Origin: Leucoraja ocellata | Taxonomy: Eukaryota | Assembly (NCBI GenBank): GCA_036785375.1 | Contig: JAWMAR010000030.1 | Span: forward strand, 6,014,001-6,078,000 | Length of the DNA stretch: 64,000 nucleotides | Direction of reading: 5' to 3' | Shown: piece after piece, positions 24,010 to 37,702 of the stretch | Position numbering within the stretch: the first letter of the stretch is position 1 | How the letters are laid out: each line of letters starts with the position of its first letter | Translations under genes and position numbers: made by a program | The notes under the pieces: model-generated | What the model was told of the DNA's origin: nothing | What the model saw: only the letters and a program-made list of their open reading frames with translations | Database searches by the model: none

Positions 24010-25460
24010 GAACTCCATAGATGCTGGAGAATTCACAGTGGATTGGAGGATCACAAGGAAAATGGCACTATTCAAAAAAGGAGACAGAAAGTTGGAAACT
24101 ATAGACCAGTTAACATTATATTTGTCATTGAGAAAATGATTTTCATTATTCATGATATTCATTATTAAAGATGTAACAGCAGGACAATTAAAAAAATGTC
24201 AGACAAAATGTCAGACATACAATCAGAGTCAATTTAGTTTGAGGCAAGGGAAATTATATGTGACAAATCTACTAGGACTCAATGAGGATGTACCAAATAG
24301 AATGGATTGAGGTGAACCAGTAGATTTGGATTTCCAGGCATTCGATAAGGTGCCATGTAAAGGTTCATTGAAAAAGGCAAATAGGCATGGGATGGGGGTT
24401 AATATATGGGCATGCGTCAGTGAGTGGTTAATAAATAGAAAACATATATTTAGGAGATGGGTCATTTTCAGATTGGCCAGTCACGAGGGGGATGTGGCAG
24501 TCTTCAGGCCTGGGGCTTCAAATATTTACAGGCTGTCCAGGGGAATGAATGGTTTGCAATTTTACAGATATCTATTAGTCGATTTTGTCCATGTTGGAAA
24601 ATACACAAAATTCACTCAATACAATAATCTACAGTGGAGAAAGGCATCAAAAGCACATAAGAATGACGCATTAAAAAAACAACTATGAAAAACTATGTGA
24701 GGCAGAGAGGGGTTGTTTGTGGAAATCGACTTTTCTGTGCATTGAACTGTTGAATTTAATAATATTATGCATGAACATCCTTAGGTTTGGTGCCCATAAC
24801 CATGGGACAACCTGTACAATCAACATTGATGACTCGGGTGATCTTATTGTAATACAGTTTGTCGATGTTAGAAAGATACGTAAGATATGATAAGGACACA
24901 AATCACTTCGAAAATTGCACAGTGAGCAGGTAACAAACTGGCAGATGGAAAATAACATAGGAAAATATGAGACTATTTCAGAAGGAAGAATGAAATAGCG
25001 AATTATTATTTAAATGGAGTGAGATTACAAGTTCCCATGGTGTGCTAAGGTGTTGCCTTGGTGCATGAGACACAAATGAGTGGTATGCCGGACAGCAAGT
25101 AGTTAGGAAGATTAATGGGAACATTGGCCTTTATTTCAGAGTATGGACTACAAAGGTCAGGAATTCTTGTTGCATCTTTACAGGGCACCAGAGTATTAAT
25201 GTGGTTTCAGTATTCATGGTCAAGGAAGGATATATTTACATGTAGGCAGTGCAGAGATGGTTCACTATTGATTCCTGCAGTGAAAGGGTTGATATATGAA
25301 GAAAGGTTTTGCAGATTGGGCCCGTGCTCATTGGAGTTTCGAAGAGTGAGAGTTGATCTTATTGAGACAGACAAGATTCTGAGGAGAATTAGCAGGGTGA
25401 ATGCTGAGTGGATGTTTTCCATAGTGGTGGTATCTAGAGCTGGGGAATCGGCTTCAGAAT
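24010..25460 (+). mobile_element. Old fragmented CR1 ORF2 remnants
   Basis: GNYRPV, DFQAFDKVP and LEFRRVRVDLIETDKIL motifs in broken frames. Confidence 0.8.
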
Positions 25461-26405
25461 AAGACCTTTCTTCAGATGAGTCACATATCCATGCCTTCCA
25501 GAGATGCTGCTTGACCTGCTGAGTTACTCCAGCACTTTTTTTTGTTGTAAACCAGCATCTGCAGTCCCTTGCCTCTAGCTATGTGTGGTGCAAGGAAGCA
25601 AGGGTTTTGCAAAGAGAGCAGGAAAATGGTGTGTTGACCAATATTAGATTATCCAAAAATAAAAACAGAGAATATGTGAACCACTCATCAGTGATTTTGT
25701 TTCAGATTTTCACCATCTGCATTTAAAAGAATTCTCAGTTAGAGCCATAGTGATTTTATGGAATAGTAAGCAGGCTATCGGCCTACTCCCTCCCTCTGTT
25801 TCTTAATTAAATCAACCTTACAGTATTTTAGATTATGGTCTATTAAGTGACTTGGCCAAAATCTTACTGCTGTTGACATTGGTGTCGATTGCACATATAT
25901 AGCACTTGAAATCAAGATTGCACCTGCTCTCGCCATTTTACCCATAATAGCTTTGTCTGGCATTGTGGTCACGTGACCATCGGCACGTTGCCAGTCATTC
26001 CCATTCTCCTGGCCTTCTCCCTGACAGCAATCTGTCCCAATCCGTGTAAAATGCTTGTGGATGGAAATGAGCTCTGGAATGCCATGGCATGTGGTACTGG
26101 ATAAAAATAAAAACTATTGCAGTATGCGTTCCACATCCAAAAATAGGACATCAGAGTGGGGAGGGAGCATTTGGCAATACTGTATATTCAGGAGCTGAGC
26201 TAATATAAAACAATGCAACAGCTCAAATAAATAAAGGATAAATTAATTTTCTCCATGCAATCTCGGTCTTTGGAAGGCAAGAGAGCCTTTCGCTTTATTA
26301 ATACACCAAATCCTTTCACCTCATTCATTATCTTGTTACAAATATGTTGGCGATTTTAAATGCTTTTATTTGATTACTTTATTTTCTATTAAATCGTTGA
26401 CAACA

Positions 26406-26755
26406 TTAGCGACGCAGCGGTGCTGGTTTCCGGCGTGCTATCAAAATGTCAGTTGGAGGGATCACATCACCAACGCCCAGCTCGATGGGGAGATTCCATC
26501 TCTGACCGAGAAGATCAGGGGGAGAAGGATGAGGCTCGCTGGTCACTGCCGCAGCCACCCAGGAATGCCGGTAAACGAGGTTGTGCTGTGGGAACCCACC
26601 CATGGAAGACGTGACCCAGGACGGCCAAACAAGACGATGCTGAAGACGTTGATGGAAGACGCATGTGCAGAGACAAAAGAGGAGCTTTCCAGCTGCATGG
26701 AGGACAAAGATGTGCGGTGCGTCCTTCACCGTGTCCGTCGGAAACCAGCACCACT
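26406..26755 (+). mobile_element. RTE-clade LINE 3' fragment
   Basis: NVSWRDHITN..IRGRRMRLAGHCRSHP..VLWEPTHGRRDPGRP, typical of the C-terminus of RTE/RTEX reverse transcriptases. GC-rich relative to the flanks. Confidence 0.8.
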
Positions 26756-28884
26756 TAAATGCGTTGCTGAAAATAAATTTCCGCAGAACCTATTCTCATT
26801 TCTTGTTTTATAACTCTTTTAAACAAAACACATGGACAAAATCCAATTATATTCTATTCCGAAGCCTAAAATTGAAAGATCCTCCATCACAGTGAATTAC
26901 TGGTACCAGAAAATGGTATCTTTTCTGCCAAGCAGGTGCTTACCTTATTCTTCCAGAAATAATACAATGAAAATGGATCATAAATTTGTCGCGGCCTCCT
27001 TACATTCGACCAAAACAGCAGAGAAGGTGGTGAGAAGACATGGAGATCAAGAGAAGAAGTGGAGATGAGAAACAGGACTCAGAGGGAGCTCTCCTTTGGA
27101 ACCAGAAACCAAGAGCAACCATGGGCGACTAATCCTTTTGTTCTTGGGTTCAATCTGCTTGTTATCAACATCAACCACAGCCCACCTATGAAAGTCACGC
27201 TCATTAATTCTTCACAACCCCTTGACAAGGAAGACTGAGCACCACTTTCAGTCAAGAGAAGGTTGTGGATTCATTTCACTTTGCCTCTCATCCTGACCGT
27301 CATCCTAGACTTCATCGAATAGCCTACCATTTCATCCAAAGCCTGGCTCAGTGGTGTTCTGAAGCCGCTGACATCCATTAATAGCAATCTAATGAGCCCT
27401 AATCTCTTTCTTTGGCTGTTTTCTAATGATTGAGTTGCCAGACTGGAGACTGATCATATAATGCTTATGAGGGGTCAGTGGCCATTTATCCCATCTATTT
27501 ATCTTGCGTATTACCAAATCTCATTCTCATGCAAGGAGTCACTTTGGCATCACAGGAAACCAAATAAAGCAGACAGTCATGTTATGCGATAAGACTGTTT
27601 CAAGTTCACTTCATTTGATTGCAGCCATCTATTTCCAAGTATATTCTATTAAAAAAGGGAACAATTTCCTGCTTTATCTTCAGCATATCATAAAATGAAT
27701 CTAGCAATGCCCCAATGATGAAATGTCAGCCCTGCTTTCCCCTGTGATTTGGTCCGTAATTACCCATCTATCAACATCACAACAACAGATGATCTGATCA
27801 CTTGCCTCATTGCTCTTTGTGGAATCATACTGTATAAATTGGCTGCTGCATTTATTCACACACTAATAACTACATTACCAAAGTATTTAATTCGCAGTAA
27901 AATCATTTGGATATTCAGACATTGTAAAGGGTGTTGGATAAATTCAATTTTTTTCATTCTATGAAAACATTTCTGCTTCAAGTAACAGTAAACCAGAAAA
28001 TAGAATGAAACTGCTGTATTCTCGCTGTCTTTCAAGTATGATTTAATGGCCTTCATTGTTCATGAATAAATAAATGTACTGTTCAACACGTAACTGAGTG
28101 TACAAACTGGAACAGCCTCAGATCAAACCTCTAATCTGTGGTCAGACACCAATCAGGCAACAATTCTCCTTAGTATTCTGGGTTTCTGCTTCTGACTCTG
28201 CCGAGTGTGGAATTTCTCTGAGCTCTAGCTTGTTCTTGACTAAGATTACATGATTTCCATGCATTTGCCTATTGCTTTGTCTCAAAAAACACACTTATAA
28301 TTCATACTACTGCAAGGTTCACTCGTACCCCAGCTAGGACCATTTGAATTTTGTCAGATTTATGGGTCGGTGGCCATTTATCCCAGCTATTTATCTTGCC
28401 TTTTACTAAATCTCATGTTGGGAATCACCTTTTGCATTTCAAAGTCACTTATTCTATTTAAAGTACAAAAGGAAGTTGGTGCCTGGTGCTTGTTAATTGG
28501 CTGTGTGATGAATTGAAATCATTAGCAAACTGCAACTTAGTTGATTGTCACCTTGGGACAAGGTCATTCTGAGGAGGTAGGTTAATTGGGTTGTATTGTA
28601 AATGACAAAACAACTATCTGAGAAGGATGCTACAATGATCTTGGCAAACCTCAGGGTGGACAGATAAATCGTTTTCATTGTGTATCCAGTGCTGTTCACC
28701 CACCACAAAATGCGCCCTGGGCACAGTGGCAGTGGCAGAACCCCTCACTATGGGTGCTGTCTGTACTGAATTTGTACGTTCTCCCTGTGACCATGTGGGT
28801 TTTCTCTAGGTGATCCAGTTTCCTCCCAGGTTCCAAAAACATGTAGGTTTGAAAGTTCATTGGGTCTGTAAAGTCAGTCACATG

Positions 28885-29029
28885 CAGTGGCGGACTGGGT
28901 CTAAAAATATTGGTTGCCAGGAGACAAAGGGGGCCCACTTCATCAGGGGCCCACTTGATATAGGGGGCCCACTTCATCAGGGGCCCACTTGCCATCGGGC
29001 AAGCTGACACCCTGGCCAGTCCACCACTG
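28885..29029. mobile_element. Complete 145-bp hAT-type MITE with 14-bp TIRs and 8-bp TSD
   Basis: TIRs CAGTGGCGGACTGG / CCAGTCCACCACTG (13/14 match). TSD GTCACATG at 28877-28884 and 29030-29037. Four internal GGGGCCCACTT repeats. Confidence 0.9.
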
Positions 29030-29704
29030 GTCACATGGCATCTTCAGTCACATGGCTTGCAGGTGGCTTGGTTGACTTTGGGAAGAATCTCTTCCATTCT
29101 CCCAACAGATGGTGTGGTTATAGTGTGATAGAATAATGCATGAGGTTCCACCGTTTATTGAATGAGGCAGTCTTTAGAGAAACTCTTTTTCTCTCTTGTT
29201 CTCTTGTCTCCCTGTGCTGCAGCAAGGAAGAATTTCATTGTCCCGTCCGGGACATATGACAATAAAACACTCTTGACTCGACTCTTGACACAGCTTATAA
29301 TTCTTCAATACTGCATTGCCTCCTTCAATATAAAAGCTTCGCTGTAGCATTAGCAAATGGAATTGGGTTCTACTAGAAGTCTTCTCTGTAATGCCTTCAG
29401 ACTCGTTATCTGAAATTGTGCAAGAAAGTGATGATTTGGTCACTCTCAAGATCTCCTCACATAGCTACAAGGACAAACATTTCCTCTAGATCAGAAACAA
29501 ATACTTTCTTCTTTCCTGGATTGGTTCAGCTCTAATAATATTCAAGAAGCTCTACCAGAGCAGGACCAAGCTGCCTGCTTGATGGTACACAATATACTAG
29601 CCTAAATATTAATTCCCTCCTGTGGCAATGCAAAGTGGTTGAGAGCAGTTACTTTCCTGGATGACGCTGATATAGTACCACCCAAACCTGCATCCTTGGC
29701 TATC

Positions 29705-30205
29705 AATAAGCTGGATAGGGTGCAGAGATAAACTGGAATGGGTGCAGAGAAGATTTACAAGGATATTGCCAGGACTTGACGGCCTGAGTAGTGGTTGAGC
29801 AGGCTAGGATGTTATTCCTTGGGGAGCAAGAGGATGAAAGGTGATCTAATAGCGCCACATAAGATCATGAGGGGAATTGATCGAGTAAATGCACAGAGTC
29901 CTTTACGCAGAATAGGGCAATCAAGAACCTGAGGGCATAAATTTAAGCTGAGAGTGGAAAGATTTAATAGGTATCTGAGGGGCTTTACACACAAAGAGTG
30001 CTGGGTATGAGGAACAAGCTGCCAGATTGGTTGATTGAGGCAGGTACTATAAGGACACTTAAAATATATTTGAACAGGTACATGGATAGGAAAGGTTGTG
30101 AAGGATATGGGCCGGCAGGCAGGTGGAACTAGTGTAGATTGGGCATTTTGGACAGTGTGGGAGAGTTGAGCCGAAGGTCCTGTTTCCATGCTGTATGACT
30201 CTAAT
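29705..30205 (+). mobile_element. CR1-type LINE 3' fragment
   Basis: Degenerate RT tail (gggtgcagagaagatttacaaggatattgcc..) ending ggtcctgtttccatgctgtatgactcta. Confidence 0.8.
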
Positions 30206-31924
30206 AAGAAAAAATAGAGCATGTGGCTCTTCAAGTTGCACACCAACCAGATTTAGAAACATATCGTGGTTCATTCATCATCCTACCTCCCAACCTAATG
30301 TAGTATTGTGAGAGTACATTCACCAGCAGTGTTTCAAGAAAGTGGCTTACCATTACATTCTGAAAAGTAGTCAGGAATTGGCAATAGATGCCTGACTTGC
30401 CAGTGGTAGCTTGATCTACAAAACAAACTATAAAACATTCAAAGCATTTGGGGAATTGTGGATTGAGGATTCCATAAAAAGGAAGCAATTCCACAGCTGA
30501 TTCCACAGCAATCAGTTTTTATTTGTTTATTTTGGGAAATGGAATCTTTACTAATATAACCAAGCAAGAGATTAAATGGTGCAGGTGATATTAATTCATT
30601 TCTCATGAAGCAGAGAATGTTCTGGAGCAAGGGGACATAGACTCGTGCTAGGCTATTTCTTCGCTCCATAGATGCTGCTGCACACGCTAAATTTCTCCAG
30701 CAATTGTATCTACCTTAGACTCATGGTAAACTACTTATGGGAGAATAACTACATTGAACTGGTGGGCTTTGGATTTTCATTGATTGAGTAAAATTCTGAT
30801 AGATGTTTGGACCACAGAGATGAAGTATGAGAGTGGATAAGGGAGGGGATCAGCCACAATGAATGATGGAACAGTTTCAAGAAGCTACAGGATTTGCTCT
30901 GAATCCTACTTTTTATGTTCTTAAAGAATACCATACTTATAATGGATGCAGATTCATCATTTATGGCTATTGGCTAAATAGTCATGAACCTGATTTCCAT
31001 GTTGAGAGAAGAAAAGATTCAAGGATGTGGTCTCCTCAAAAAACTGCAACATTCCATTGACTTCAGGGATATTTGGCCCATGAGCACTTGAAATGGAAAA
31101 GGAGGAATCAAAATAATAATCAGAACCTCAGGTCCATGGGTTGGGAGCACAAAGAAACTCAACGTGATAGGTGAAAGGAGCGCACCACCCCACAAACTAC
31201 CCAATACCCACACCATCAAGAACCTCTTGCCCAACTATGAATGATTATGCTGTTCTCACATTGACCTGTCACCTCAGAACCACAGGTAGAGGTGGAAGCA
31301 AGTCCTCCTCAATCCTGAATGATTACCTGACAAAAAAACCCTAAACACACTTTAAAATTATAATTTGGCTTCTAGAAGGAAGTGCTGAGAAATAATCAAC
31401 ATGTCATAAGGTCATTTCATTATTTTTGTGGACTGAAACAATTTTTAGTCCAACCATAGAGCTTTCAACACCATCTCCACATCTGACACCACACACAGGG
31501 CTGTGCGAGTCATCGCATACTCAATGCACGAGGTTGCCTTTGGGACTAGCTAGATGGCATTTCATGATATGAAAGAACATTCTGTTGAGCTTAAATATAG
31601 TTCTGACTGACAATTTCGACCTGATTTCTTGATTACTGATGACACATGGAGTGTAACTTGCACCTGTCCCACCTAGGTAATAATCAAGTGGTGTAAGTGG
31701 ACATACACAAATGGACACAAATTATACATTATTTTAATTGTCAATGGGTTGAGAATCAAGCAGATCTACAATTAAGGAGGTGATGCATTATCTCCCAAGT
31801 ATAAATTGGTCATTTGGTTCATAAAATTATAAAATTAGTCATAATTCAACTCTCTAAAGAATTAATATGTTTGGTGGCAGATGTCTCATTTAAACTTGAG
31901 ATTTAGAGTCAACAGCAGATACAC

Positions 31925-32540
31925 CATCTACACTAGTCCCACCTCCCTGCATTTGCCCTACGTCCCTCTAAACCTTTCCTATTATTGTACATGTCCAAAT
32001 GTATTTTAAATGTTATAGTACTTGCCTCAACTACTTCCTCTGGCAGCCCATTCCATACACCCACCTTGCTCTGTGTGGAAAAGTTGCCCCTCAGCATCCT
32101 ATTAGTTCTTTCCCGTCTCACAAACCTGTGGCTCTTGATTTCCCAACTCTGGGCAAAAGACTACATATCCCTCATGATGTTAAACACCTCTATAAGGTCA
32201 CCCTCATCCTCCTGTGCTCCATGAATAAAGTCCTAGCCTGCCCAACCTCTCCCTATAGCTCTGACCCTCAAGTCCTGGCAACATCCTCAGAGTTAGATGT
32301 GGCCCTTGTGACTAAAGGGATCAGGGGGTATGGAGAGAAGGCAGGTATGGGATACTGAGTTGGATGATCAGCCATGATCATATTGAATGGCGGTGCAGGC
32401 TGGAAGGGCCGAATGGCCTACTCCTGCATCTATTTTCTATGTTTCTATAATTCTTCTCTGCACTCTGTAAAGCTTAACAACATCCTTCCTATAGCAGAAT
32501 GACCAAAACTGAACAATATAGTCCAAATGCGACCTTACCA
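31925..32540 (-). mobile_element. CR1-type LINE fragment interrupted by an opposite-strand young CR1 3' end (32290-32448)
   Basis: Host sequence is collinear on both sides. The insert matches the 3' end of the 11155 subfamily and has the tttctatgtttctat tail. Confidence 0.8.
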
Positions 32541-33010
32541 TTTGTAATGTTACAACAAGTGTTCCATCTTAGTGTGTAGTCTCAACATTTGATCCTGGGA
32601 GTGAGGATTTAATTGTGAAGAGGCATGAGAGATGTTGCTGCACTTTTCACAAGAACAATCAGCTATAAAAGCAGGCCTGTTCAAGGGGTTCAAAGGTATT
32701 TATAAATAGCAGCAAACTCTTTCCACTGGTAGGTATGTCAGTAACTATGGGGATAAATTTACAAACGTCATGGAAAAAGTGGGGGGATTAGGAAATGTTT
32801 CAACGCAGGGGGATGCTGTGACAAGAAACAATGGGGAGACAGAATTCAGAAAGGTATTTAAAAGGGAAATGGATAAATGGCTGAGGGAGAGAAAAGTACA
32901 GTGTCCTCCATAATGTTTAGGACAAAGACCCATCATTTATTTATTTACCTCTGTACTCCACAATTTTGTGATCGGGGCTTAGCGGGGCTCCTTTACTGGA
33001 TGTGATTTTA

Positions 33011-33315
33011 GTTTAGTTCAGAGATACAGCGCGGAAACAGGCCTTTCTGCCCACTGAGTCCGAACTGACCAGCGATCCTTAACACGACATTAACACGATC
33101 CTACACATGCTAAGGACAATTTACACTTATACCAAGTCAATTAACCTACGTCTTTACAGTGTGGGTGGAACCCGAAGATCACGGAAAAAACCTACGCAGT
33201 CACAGGAAGAACGTACAAACTCCGTACAGACCGCACCCATAGTCGGGATCAAACACAGGTCATCATAGTCGGGATCAAACCAAGCAGCACTACCGCTGCA
33301 CCAATGTGCTGCCCC
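33011..33315 (-). mobile_element. tRNA-derived SINE (HE1-like) with an internal duplication of the B-box segment
   Basis: Same body as 57233 and 60025; catagtcgggatcaaac occurs twice. Confidence 0.8.
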
Positions 33316-33997
33316 TATCTGATCTGAGTAGTTCCTGGGAAATTCCATCATTCTAAGGGCAGATTGACATTCATAAAATGAAAATGAAACTAAATTATTT
33401 AATCTCAAAATAAATGCTTCGAGAATGTGATCTGATGTTTTTTGCAGAAATTGGCGCAAAAAGTGAGAAAAGGGGGATGGTTTTCAATGTAACGTGAGAG
33501 GTTTATCAAAGCAGAAGTTACAACAGGGAAATTAACAAATATGTGAAAAGGAAAAAAATGCAGGGTTCTAGTAATGGAATACAGGAAGTGGAATCAATTG
33601 GATATTTATTTCAAAGAGTTGGCACAGGCAAAATTAGTCAAAAAGCCAAAATGTGAATGCACCAAAAGCTTTTCACTATATCTCAGTGATAATAAACTAA
33701 ACTAAACTAAAGCAAACTAAGTGTTTAACCAAGAGACGTGTTGCTCTGCCTTAAGTCTCTGTGAAATACTGAGCACTGGGAATGCTCTCTGGCAAGGATT
33801 CAGCAGCTGTGCTTTCCCATATCAAATCCCATATCACCATTTCCACTCATTCCAACAAGCAGACAGGAACTCGGTTCAAGCTCTGATTTAAAGAACAGTC
33901 CTTCAGAGACTGTGGCAATGGAAGAACAGTGCCCGTGTCCACAGATAATACTCTGTTAACTGAGCCAGGTGATGTCACCATCGATCAAGCCAAAATG

Positions 33998-34139
33998 CGG
34001 GGTGGGAGACTGCAACCTTCACATGGTCCGCCCTGTTTCGACAAATGCAATCAACCTGGCGTGCACAATCAAATAAAATCAAATAGAACAAGTTGTCCTA
34101 CAACTTTAGGCTGTGCACGCCATACGCAAGAAGAAGAAG
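33998..34139 (+). mobile_element. Short retroposon with a (GAA)n tail; uninterrupted copy of the element split at 37645-38552
   Basis: Near-identical to 37645-37702 joined to 38468-38552. Confidence 0.8.
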
Positions 34140-35127
34140 CCAAAATGCTAGCAAGCAATGTCCAAAGAGCTTCTCACCTTTCCTATAGTCAGAACTGCAT
34201 GCCTTGTATTCAAATTCTCTGTCAAGCATTCAGCCGAGAAAAGGATGACCTTTTCTTTCCATCAGCTCATTGAGAGTGACCTTATCCCTACCCAAAAACA
34301 AATAAAATCCAGTACCGTCACAAGATGTGGGGCAAATCTGTAATTTATTGTGGGAACAATATTTAGCAATAAATGAGAGCAGTCCTCAGAAAATATGTTT
34401 TCTATATGCCCTTTGTAATTTCGTGCCAAATTTACAAATAGTTATAGGAGATTGGCGAGAAGCATAATAAATGTTGTAATCTTGAGGTTTTTTTAATTGC
34501 TTTGCAAGCTTCTATGCAAGAAGAAGGGTTTCGGCCCGAAACGTTCCTTCGCTCCATGGATGCTGCTGCACCCGCTGAGTTTCTCCAGCATTTGTGTACC
34601 TTCGATTTTCCAGCATCTGCAGTTCCTTCTTAAACACTTCTAAAATACTTAATTGTCCCTTTACTTTTCACTTTAGTTCATCTTCTCAAAATAATCCATT
34701 TAATTGATCCTTCAACGAGTGAAAATATTTTGAGAATGTGCAATCTATGTGCCTTATCTGATTATGAACTGCGCTGGTGACCCCATATTGATCTGTCATG
34801 CGAATTAACTATCTGCAACATGATCTGTCACTGCCTCGATTTATCTACTACCATTCATGCTTTTGTTCAATCATTTTTAAACCTAATTTTATCTAATCCC
34901 TGCTGCCTGTGTCCTAATTGATATTCATTATATTTCTGAGTACATTTTCCAGTTCCATTTATCTTATTATCAGCATCATATTAGAGCAACACAGTGAATG
35001 AGTGAGGTAGGTTTCAACAACTTGTATAAAATTAACTCATAGGAGAATAAAATATTTTGGCACTTCACAGAATGTAATCAGATAAATATGAACACCAAGC
35101 CAAATTTGGAGATACTGTCGTATCATC

Positions 35128-35850
35128 ACCAGGGGCGTGGCATGATTGGCAGCCCCGCCAACTGTCTGTCCGTTTTTTCATCTTTTTTACTTTTAGGACG
35201 TGTTAAAGGTTTGTGTAAATGTTCTCCAGTTTGCTTTATGTGGGGGTCGGGGGAAACTTTTTTTTCTATTCTTACCTTGCCGGGGATGCGATTACTTTTC
35301 AGATCGTGACTCCGGTCGCTCTGCGGCCTAACATCGATGGAGCTGGAGGCATCCTCGGACTGACCTTGAGTGCACCCGTGGGATGTGGACTTAACATTGG
35401 AGTCAATCCCTTGCCTGGGATCGCTCCAACTGCGGCCTGCAGGCTTTACATCGGGAGCTAGCAGTCTCGGGAGAGGCTGAGTCGGGAAGCTCCGGTGTCG
35501 TGGAAGGTTCAACCAGCCCCAACGCGGGGTTCGATCGCCGGCGCGGGGGAGCCGACATCCCCCCGATGCAGGAGCTGATTACCCCAACGCGGAGGGCCCA
35601 AATGCCGCCATCTATGGGAGTCAAGATTGTTCTCGTCAATGGAGGGCTCAAGGCCCCTGACCGCGGGAGAGCTAAGGGAAGAGATTTAACTTTTTTTCGT
35701 CCTCCATCACAGTGAGACATGTGGAGGGGTGGCAGTGGTGGATGTTCATGTGTTATGTGTGTTTGTTGCTTTTTATTGTATGACTGACTTAGCAAATGAA
35801 ATTCCTTGTATGTTGCAAAACATACTTGGCTGATAAAGTATTATTGTGAT
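35128..35850 (+). mobile_element. Unclassified GC-rich interspersed retroposon-like repeat
   Basis: Abrupt CpG-rich block in an AT-rich intron, ending in a stem-loop (gtatgttgcaaaacatac) plus gATAAAgtattatt tail. No convincing ORF. Confidence 0.55.
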
Positions 35851-37464
35851 TGATTCTTTTCAGAGGAGCCTTGAATTTTGAAGTGATTTTTAATCTTTAT
35901 ATTCATATTTCAAATTGTCATCAATTTCATGTGATAACATTGAATAACAAACCACCAAATGGTAAGCAAAATTACAGTCAATGCACATTCTGACAATCTC
36001 CTACACTGTATATTTAGTGGCACTCGTTATTAGTGGTAATGTACCCTGAATAAAGTTTAACATTTTTAATCAGAGATATCTCACAAAAGCAATCTGAACA
36101 TCGGTACACAAAAAAGCTGGAGAAACTCAGCGGGTGCCGCAGCATCTATGGAGCGAAGGAAATAGGCAACGTTTCAAGCCGAAACCCTTGATTGAGCTTG
36201 TATGCAATGGACCTCTGTTGACTTAAACCAATTAGATGATGCATTTCAGCTTGAAGAGACCCAAATCCATGCTCCTCTGTTGTCCTGCAACACTCTCCTG
36301 ACAATGAGCAAGTCTATGAGAAATTTACTTTTGCCCAAACAAATAAAAATGCTTATATCCCAACATCATAATATGCTCATATGTCCAAGGACCTGACCAA
36401 TCAACTACTTTTCAGCTACCCAGTTTACCTCATTGTCCTTCTCAACATTTATCACAAATTATTATTTCCTCCAATAATGTTTCTCTGGCCACAAATAAAT
36501 GTTTCAATGGACACAAATAACGTAGATGTTTGATATGGACTGCAACTTAGACAATGGCTGCAACATTCAGTATCCTAACCTTATATGCCACCATTAATCT
36601 CTCCAAAATCCAGCATCACAAACCTTGCTCAGGCCTGTTTTACACATTTTCTCTGAAAACGTTCCCCAGTGCCTGCTTTTCCCACTCCTTCGCTTTCTTT
36701 TTGCACTCACTACACTCATTAGACACAGGTCTCATTACTATACCTATTCCAAACTGATAAGATTTATTTTTAACCTGAATCTATTCTGCAGCCTCTAATT
36801 CTAATTGAAAGGCAAGACTGCTCACCTGCTCATTTTGAACCGTTTCTGTTATCAACATTACAACTGCATCACTGCCTTAAACTGAATGTGACATTGGTAA
36901 CGCACAGACAATGAAAAATAATTGTGTAGGAAGGAACTGCAGATGCTGGTTACATACCGAAGATAGACACAAAATGCTGGAGTAATGCAGCAGCATCTCT
37001 GGAGAGAAGTAAGGGGGGTGACGTTTCGGGTCGAGACCCTTCAAATCAGCAACTTATTTAAAGTAGTGTAGATTTGCAATCTTCTGAACAAAGAATCACT
37101 AAATTGACAATTATTTTCATACTCTATCAGAACATGAGGATACAAGTATCCTGAAAATCTGAAATATCTGTGGTGTTGGCAATGGAGACAGCTTGCTGGG
37201 AGGGATATTTCTGATCCAATACTGTCAGCTCACATACAGGTCACAAACATGCTTTTTTCCCGTATTATTTATACCATCTGTTTCCACTTTCCAATGTGAT
37301 TACTGTTCCAGCGAAGTATGTAATCACCGATCAGTTGCTAAAGCCGAAAAACAGGGCAAGGAATAAAGCAGTTATCTGGAATCACAGAATTACCTTGCAC
37401 AGAAGAAGGCTATTTGAAACATGATGTCTGTGCTGGCTATGTGAAAGCGCCATGGATATACTTG

Positions 37465-37619
37465 GAAGATAGACACACTTAGCGGGTCAGGCAGCATCTC
37501 TGGAGAAAAGGAATAAGTGACGTTTTGGGTCAGACCCTTCTTCAGTCTGACCTGCTGATTTGCTCCAGCTTTGTGTGTCTATCTTCGGTGTAAACTAGCA
37601 TCTGCAGTTCCTTCCTACA
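37465..37619. mobile_element. Penelope pLTR-derived hairpin-type short repeat with a 14-bp target-site duplication
   Basis: CATGGATATACTTG at 37451-37464 and 37620-37633 flanks two inverted partial copies of the repeat. Confidence 0.85.
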
Positions 37620-37702
37620 CATGGATATACTTGACATTGTTAAAGGGGTGCGAGATTGCAACCTTCACGTGGTCCGCCCTGTTTCGACGAATGCAATCAA
37701 CC

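Noticed and set aside
37017-37050. Hammerhead copy CTGATTTGA-AGGGTCTCGACCC-GAAACGTC on the minus strand
   Set aside because: Stem II and GAAAC-GUC are perfect, but the CUGANGA box has extra bases and no stem I can form; probably truncated at the core.
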